Source: an uncultured cyanobacterium
Lineage (GTDB): Bacteria > Cyanobacteriota > Cyanobacteriia > Cyanobacteriales > Cyanobacteriaceae
DNA length: 64,000 nucleotides
Assembly: GCA_963749915.1 (NCBI GenBank)
Contig: CAVVOP010000022.1
Span: 32,001 to 96,000 of the forward strand
Direction: 5' to 3'
Shown: positions 59,699 to 64,000 of the stretch, one piece after another
Numbering within the stretch: the stretch's first letter is position 1
Layout of the letters: the number at the start of each line of letters is the position of its first letter
Notes under the pieces: generated by a model
Told to the model about the DNA's origin: nothing
The model's input: only the letters and a program-made list of their open reading frames with translations
Database searches by the model: none
Position numbers and translations under genes: made by a program

Positions 59699-59862
59699 AA
59701 TTTGCTAAATAGTATGTTTGATTTTCTCCTCTTTTTTCTTTTAAACCCTGAGCACTAATTAATAAAATTTATCTGTTTATTTTCTTGATAATCTATTTTT
59801 TGTTTTGGAAATCATTGTTATAATAAAAGTTAATAATTACTTCTCAAAAAACACTTTTTGCT

Positions 59863-60813
59863 ATGAATTTAGAACCTGCTATTGCTACTATTGGATTAAC
59901 AAAACAATTTGAAAGACATATCGCCGTCAATGATGTGGATTTACGGGTGCAAAAAGGCGATGTTTATGGTTTAATAGGTCCTAATGGAGCAGGAAAAACA
60001 ACTTTAATCCGGATGTTGGCTGCCGCCGAAAATCCTACCAAAGGCGAAATTTATCTTAATGGCGATCGCTTACTAATAGATGACAGTAACCGTTATTTAA
60101 AGCAATATTTGGGCTATCTTCCCGATGATTTTCCTTTGTATGATGATTTAAACGTAATAGATTACTTAGAATATTTTGCCCGACTGTATAAGTTAAAACC
60201 ACCTCAACGCCGTCGCCGGATACAAGAGGTTCTGGAATTAGTTAATCTCGAATCAAAAGTTAACTCCTTAATTGCCACTCTTTCTCGAGGCATGAAACAA
60301 CGATTAAGTTTAGCTCGCACGATTATCCATCAACCGATTATTTTACTATTAGATGAGCCTGTTTCGGGATTAGATCCCATCGCCAGAATGGAGTTTCGAG
60401 AAAGCATCAAAACATTGCAACAAGCGGGGATGACCATTTTAATTTCCTCTCATGTATTGTCAGACTTAGCGGAATTATGTACATCAGTGGGTATTATGGA
60501 GTTGGGTTGTTTAGTGGAAAATACCTCTTTACAGAATTTATATAGTCGTCTTAGTCGTCAACAAATTATCATCAAAATCTTAGGAGAATGGGATAAATTA
60601 GAGGTAGAGTTGCGCAATTGTGACACTGTAAAAGCTTGGGAAAAATTGCCTGACGGGGAAACAATTAAGGTGGAATTTACTGGAAATAATAACGACAGTG
60701 CTAATTTATTAAAAACTTTGATTAATGCTAATATTTCGGTGAGTAATTTTCATTGTCAACAGGAGGATTTAGAGACTATTTTTCTCAAATTAGGTCATAA
60801 ACAAGTGTCTTAG
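59863..60813 (+). CDS. ABC transporter ATP-binding protein (ABC-2 type)
   Basis: GPNGAGKTT, LSRGMKQR, LLDEP, SSH. Confidence 0.92.
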   Translation: MNLEPAIATIGLTKQFERHIAVNDVDLRVQKGDVYGLIGPNGAGKTTLIRMLAAAENPTKGEIYLNGDRLLIDDSNRYLKQYLGYLPDDFPLYDDLNVIDYLEYFARLYKLKPPQRRRRIQEVLELVNLESKVNSLIATLSRGMKQRLSLARTIIHQPIILLLDEPVSGLDPIARMEFRESIKTLQQAGMTILISSHVLSDLAELCTSVGIMELGCLVENTSLQNLYSRLSRQQIIIKILGEWDKLEVELRNCDTVKAWEKLPDGETIKVEFTGNNNDSANLLKTLINANISVSNFHCQQEDLETIFLKLGHKQVS

Positions 60814-60922
60814 ACCTAAGTTGCTGGTGAACACTGACTGGAGTAGTGTAAAAAATGGGAGAGAAAACCGTAGTGGTCTATCAATTTTGAAATAGGGATC
60901 GCACAAAGTTTGCCCTGAGTAA

Positions 60923-62419
60923 TTACCATAAACGACGCTTCCCATCAGGAAAAATAGTCCCCCAGTTAGTTTGGGCCTGTTGTAATTGCATTTCTTCCAC
61001 ATTGGCATTAGTCAAATTAGCACCACAAAAATTCGCATCATCAAGATTTGCCCCTTCTAAATTGGCCCCTTCTAAGTGTGCATCCTTGAAATCTGCCGAT
61101 TCTAAATCCGCCTTGAGAAAGTGAACATTTTTCAGATTTGCCCTTCCAAATCTTGCCTTAGTTAAATTAGCACTGTAAAAATTGGCACCCTCTAAATTAG
61201 CTTCTTCAAAATTAACCTGAGTCAGTTGGCTATTACGAAAATTAATATGGGGAATATTGGCCTGATGAAAGTCAAATTGATGAAAATTGTGTTTACTAAA
61301 ATCAATTCTCCCCTGAATATAAGCCGTTAAAATATTTTGAGGAGTTACTTGAATCACATATTTAGTTTGACCTTGACGAGATTTTCTGGCCCTAATTGCT
61401 ATGGCTAAACGAGAAGTGGCGGGAAGATGAGTATTATCGGCAATGCTATTAGATTCAGGTACCATTATATTAATAGGTTTAGCATTAGTCAGCAGACTTT
61501 GTTCTAATTCTTGTTGATAAGGTGCAATGTCTAAATCGTCCATCACTTTATCTACTGATTGATAACGACTACGAACATTTACCTCCAACATCTTACGCAA
61601 TACCTTCGCAAAACCGCCACTAACTTTAACCTCTTTTTCCCACAAAAGTTCCCCCGTTAATTCATCACAAGGTATATTTTTTGGTGATTTTGCCGTCATT
61701 AAATATAGACAAGTAGAACCCAAAGCATAAATATCACTAGAATATACTGGACGCATAGCTAACTGTTCTGGCGGTGCAAAACCCATTGTACCCACCGCAA
61801 ATTGAGTCAAAGCCGTTTGACCGTAGTTTTTTGCTAACTGTGTGTTAACTTGATCTTTAACCGCCCCAAAATCAATTAAAACCAGTTTTCCATCCTGTTC
61901 ACGACGAATAATATTAGCAGGTTTAATGTCTCGATGAATCATCTTAAGGGAGTGAATATATTGGAGAATAGGTAGTATTTCTCCTAAAAATTTCTTGGCT
62001 TGAGTCTCATTAAAAACCCCATCGTCGTTGATTTCTTGTTGTAAATTTTTACCCTTAACTAAGGTTTGAACTAAATAAAAATGCAGATTATTTTCAAAAT
62101 AGTCTAACAATCGAGGAATTTGAGGATGATCAATTTTTCCTAAGGTTTTCGCCTCTCTCTCGAACAATTCTAATGCCATTTGAAACGTTTCAGGATCGCT
62201 AGAATTAGGGCGTAATTGTTTAATAACACACAAAGGATTACCGGGCAATGATAAATCAATCCCTAAAAAAGTCGTACCAAATCCACCTTTACCGATTTTT
62301 TTAATAATACGATAACGATTATGTAAGATTAAATTAAAACCGCAACTTGCACACACCTTTTGACTGGGATGATTTTGTGGTTTAGAACAATCCGGATTTA
62401 GGCAATAGCTTAAAATCAT
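60923..62419 (-). CDS. Ser/Thr protein kinase with N-terminal 4-Cys finger and C-terminal pentapeptide repeats (SpkB-like)
   Basis: YCLNPDC...CASCG, GKGGFG, HRDIKPAN, DFG, PPEQ, then ANL repeats. Confidence 0.9.
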   Translation of the reverse strand: MILSYCLNPDCSKPQNHPSQKVCASCGFNLILHNRYRIIKKIGKGGFGTTFLGIDLSLPGNPLCVIKQLRPNSSDPETFQMALELFEREAKTLGKIDHPQIPRLLDYFENNLHFYLVQTLVKGKNLQQEINDDGVFNETQAKKFLGEILPILQYIHSLKMIHRDIKPANIIRREQDGKLVLIDFGAVKDQVNTQLAKNYGQTALTQFAVGTMGFAPPEQLAMRPVYSSDIYALGSTCLYLMTAKSPKNIPCDELTGELLWEKEVKVSGGFAKVLRKMLEVNVRSRYQSVDKVMDDLDIAPYQQELEQSLLTNAKPINIMVPESNSIADNTHLPATSRLAIAIRARKSRQGQTKYVIQVTPQNILTAYIQGRIDFSKHNFHQFDFHQANIPHINFRNSQLTQVNFEEANLEGANFYSANLTKARFGRANLKNVHFLKADLESADFKDAHLEGANLEGANLDDANFCGANLTNANVEEMQLQQAQTNWGTIFPDGKRRLW

Positions 62420-62580
62420 TCAGCACTTTTTATATTGCTTTCTTTATCGATTTTTAGTATAACTACTTTTAGATTCTTTAAGCGAGAGGTTTTCCCACGC
62501 CATAAATATTAATTAAACAACTCGAAGTTTGATTTTAAGATTAATTATTTTTTCCTCTGCGAACCTGCGGAATGTGGGGT

Positions 62581-63360
62581 CTAATGGTTAACAAAATCGA
62601 TTACCGTGTCACGGGTAGAAGGGATATTCACCAGGGACTGAATTTTATCAATGGAGACCTCATAACAAACGGGAGGAATATCTAAATTCACCTTAACCGC
62701 ACTTCGGGTTAAATGGATAATCTCCTGTAACTTAACTAAACCATTACCGCAAAGATTGAAAATTTCTTGAGTGTAACCCTGTTTAATAATATCCATGACT
62801 GCCGCCGCGGCTACATCAGTGTTAATGTATTGCAATTCGCTTTCTGGATGTAACCAAAGTTTTTCCCCTTCAAGGATGTCAAAAATGGCGTTTTTCTTCA
62901 AGCCTTCCCCCACAAAACCGCCCATACGGAAGATTAGCCAGTCTGAATGACAGTGACGCACACATTGTTCAGCTAAGTACTTGTGAAAACCATAAGGACT
63001 TTGGCTTGAAATGTCAATAACGGTATCTTCTTTTGTTGATTCAGGGGTTGAGCAATCAGGATAAACATCACAGGATGACAAGAATATATACTTTTTAGCC
63101 AGAAAATCTATTAGAGATTCTCGCACAGAACGGACGGATGCATCAAATTCAAGTAGGGGGTTTTCTTTGGCTAAAAATTTCTTAGAATTACCGTTGGCGT
63201 TGATTAATAAATCACATTTTGTGCCGATGTTATCTTGATAATTAGAGCGATTTATTACTACATAATCAAGATCATTTTTTTGACAATAACGGACATAAGC
63301 TGAACCAACAAAACCTTCTCCACCTATGATAATAATTTTAAAATTAGAGTCGAATACCAT
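62581..63360 (-). CDS. NAD-dependent epimerase/dehydratase family protein
   Basis: GGEGFVGS Rossmann motif, SS, YGFHK (YxxxK). Confidence 0.85.
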   Translation of the reverse strand: MVFDSNFKIIIIGGEGFVGSAYVRYCQKNDLDYVVINRSNYQDNIGTKCDLLINANGNSKKFLAKENPLLEFDASVRSVRESLIDFLAKKYIFLSSCDVYPDCSTPESTKEDTVIDISSQSPYGFHKYLAEQCVRHCHSDWLIFRMGGFVGEGLKKNAIFDILEGEKLWLHPESELQYINTDVAAAAVMDIIKQGYTQEIFNLCGNGLVKLQEIIHLTRSAVKVNLDIPPVCYEVSIDKIQSLVNIPSTRDTVIDFVNH

Positions 63361-64000
63361 CAGTTTTATTTTTATAATTTTTACTTAACCAAGCGAATGT
63401 TTTTTCTAAGCCTTCTTTCAAGTTTGTATCGCAAGATAAACCTAAAGAATTTAATTTAGTAACCTCAAAGATTTTTACCATTTGCCCGTCAGGTTTCGTG
63501 GTATCCCAAGTTAATTTCCCTTCAAAACCTGTAGTTTCTTTTACTAATTCTGCTAATTCTTTAATAGGGGTAGTTGTACCTGAAGAAATATTAACTGGCT
63601 CACTAGAATTATAATTATCAATAAAATAAGGAATAACTTTGGCCACATCCCCAGCATAAACAAAATCTCTTTTCGGTGTGCCACTCCCCCACATCGCTAC
63701 CTCTTCCAATTGGTTTAATTTAGCTTCATAAAAACGGCGAACTAATGCCGGTACAACATGAGATTCATTATTACGGAAATTATCATATTCTCCATATAAA
63801 TTACCCGGAATTAACACTACGGAATTTAAGTCATATTGAGTGCGGTAAGACTGAGAAGCAACAATACCCATTTTTTTGGCACTAGAATAACCCGCACTTT
63901 CGATTTGGGGATAACCTTGCCACATTTGGGATTCGTCAATGGGAGAGGTTGCCGTTGCTGGGTAGCTACATCCTCCCATGGTATAGATCATTTTTTTGAC
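63344..64000 (-). CDS. fcl: GDP-L-fucose synthase family protein (3' part; start outside the window)
   Basis: GCSYP, YSSAK, PGNLYG, SHVVPAL, WGSGTPKRDF, KPDGQ. Confidence 0.85.
   Translation of the reverse strand, partial: VKKMIYTMGGCSYPATATSPIDESQMWQGYPQIESAGYSSAKKMGIVASQSYRTQYDLNSVVLIPGNLYGEYDNFRNNESHVVPALVRRFYEAKLNQLEEVAMWGSGTPKRDFVYAGDVAKVIPYFIDNYNSSEPVNISSGTTTPIKELAELVKETTGFEGKLTWDTTKPDGQMVKIFEVTKLNSLGLSCDTNLKEGLEKTFAWLSKNYKNKTDGIRL

Noticed and set aside
4976..61008. Other short ORFs nested in or antisense to long genes (e.g. 4976, 11004, 22918, 34368, 46068, 57109)
   Set aside because: They are fully overlapped by well-supported genes and have no motifs.
1..64000. CRISPR array, tRNA or rRNA genes
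   Set aside because: No regularly spaced repeat-spacer array or RNA-gene signature seen. The heptamer runs (e.g. CCATTGT, TTATCAA, TTTTGGA) are ordinary cyanobacterial short tandem repeats.

Overview
AT-rich cyanobacterial chromosome segment with many HIP1 GCGATCGC octamers, psbQ, bciB and rimO-crhR; a Cyanobacterium/Geminocystis-like host is an inference from the overall look. Most of the window is housekeeping: lhgO, ppx, mobA, tldD, rpmF (missed by the ORF track), yebC, ftsY, gltA, pcrA, crhR, rimO, an A-adding enzyme, bciB, pepP, rpmI, rplT, tyrS, psbQ and obgE. Four accessory pieces stand out. (1) At 14.26-20.0 kb, two near-identical direct IS982-family copies enclose a 3.66 kb cargo (DUF3782-like gene, EamA transporter, VapBC-like and MazEF-like toxin-antitoxin pairs). 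The flanks match crosswise (outer TAATTA/TAATTA, inner TATA/TATA), and the cargo modules are bracketed by HIP1, MITE and REP-type repeats like a cassette array. This is the best candidate for an undescribed mobile system. (2) A proteobacterial-type phosphoribulokinase. (3) A wza-wzc-pentapeptide island bordered by an unannotated IS6 remnant, in which Wzc has a degenerate Walker B motif and no Tyr cluster. (4) An spp-fructokinase-amylosucrase cluster without sps. Several small mobile repeats are also present, including a 22-nt element with a covarying stem. I recognised no tRNA, rRNA or CRISPR array. All calls come from motif recognition by eye; no database searches were run.
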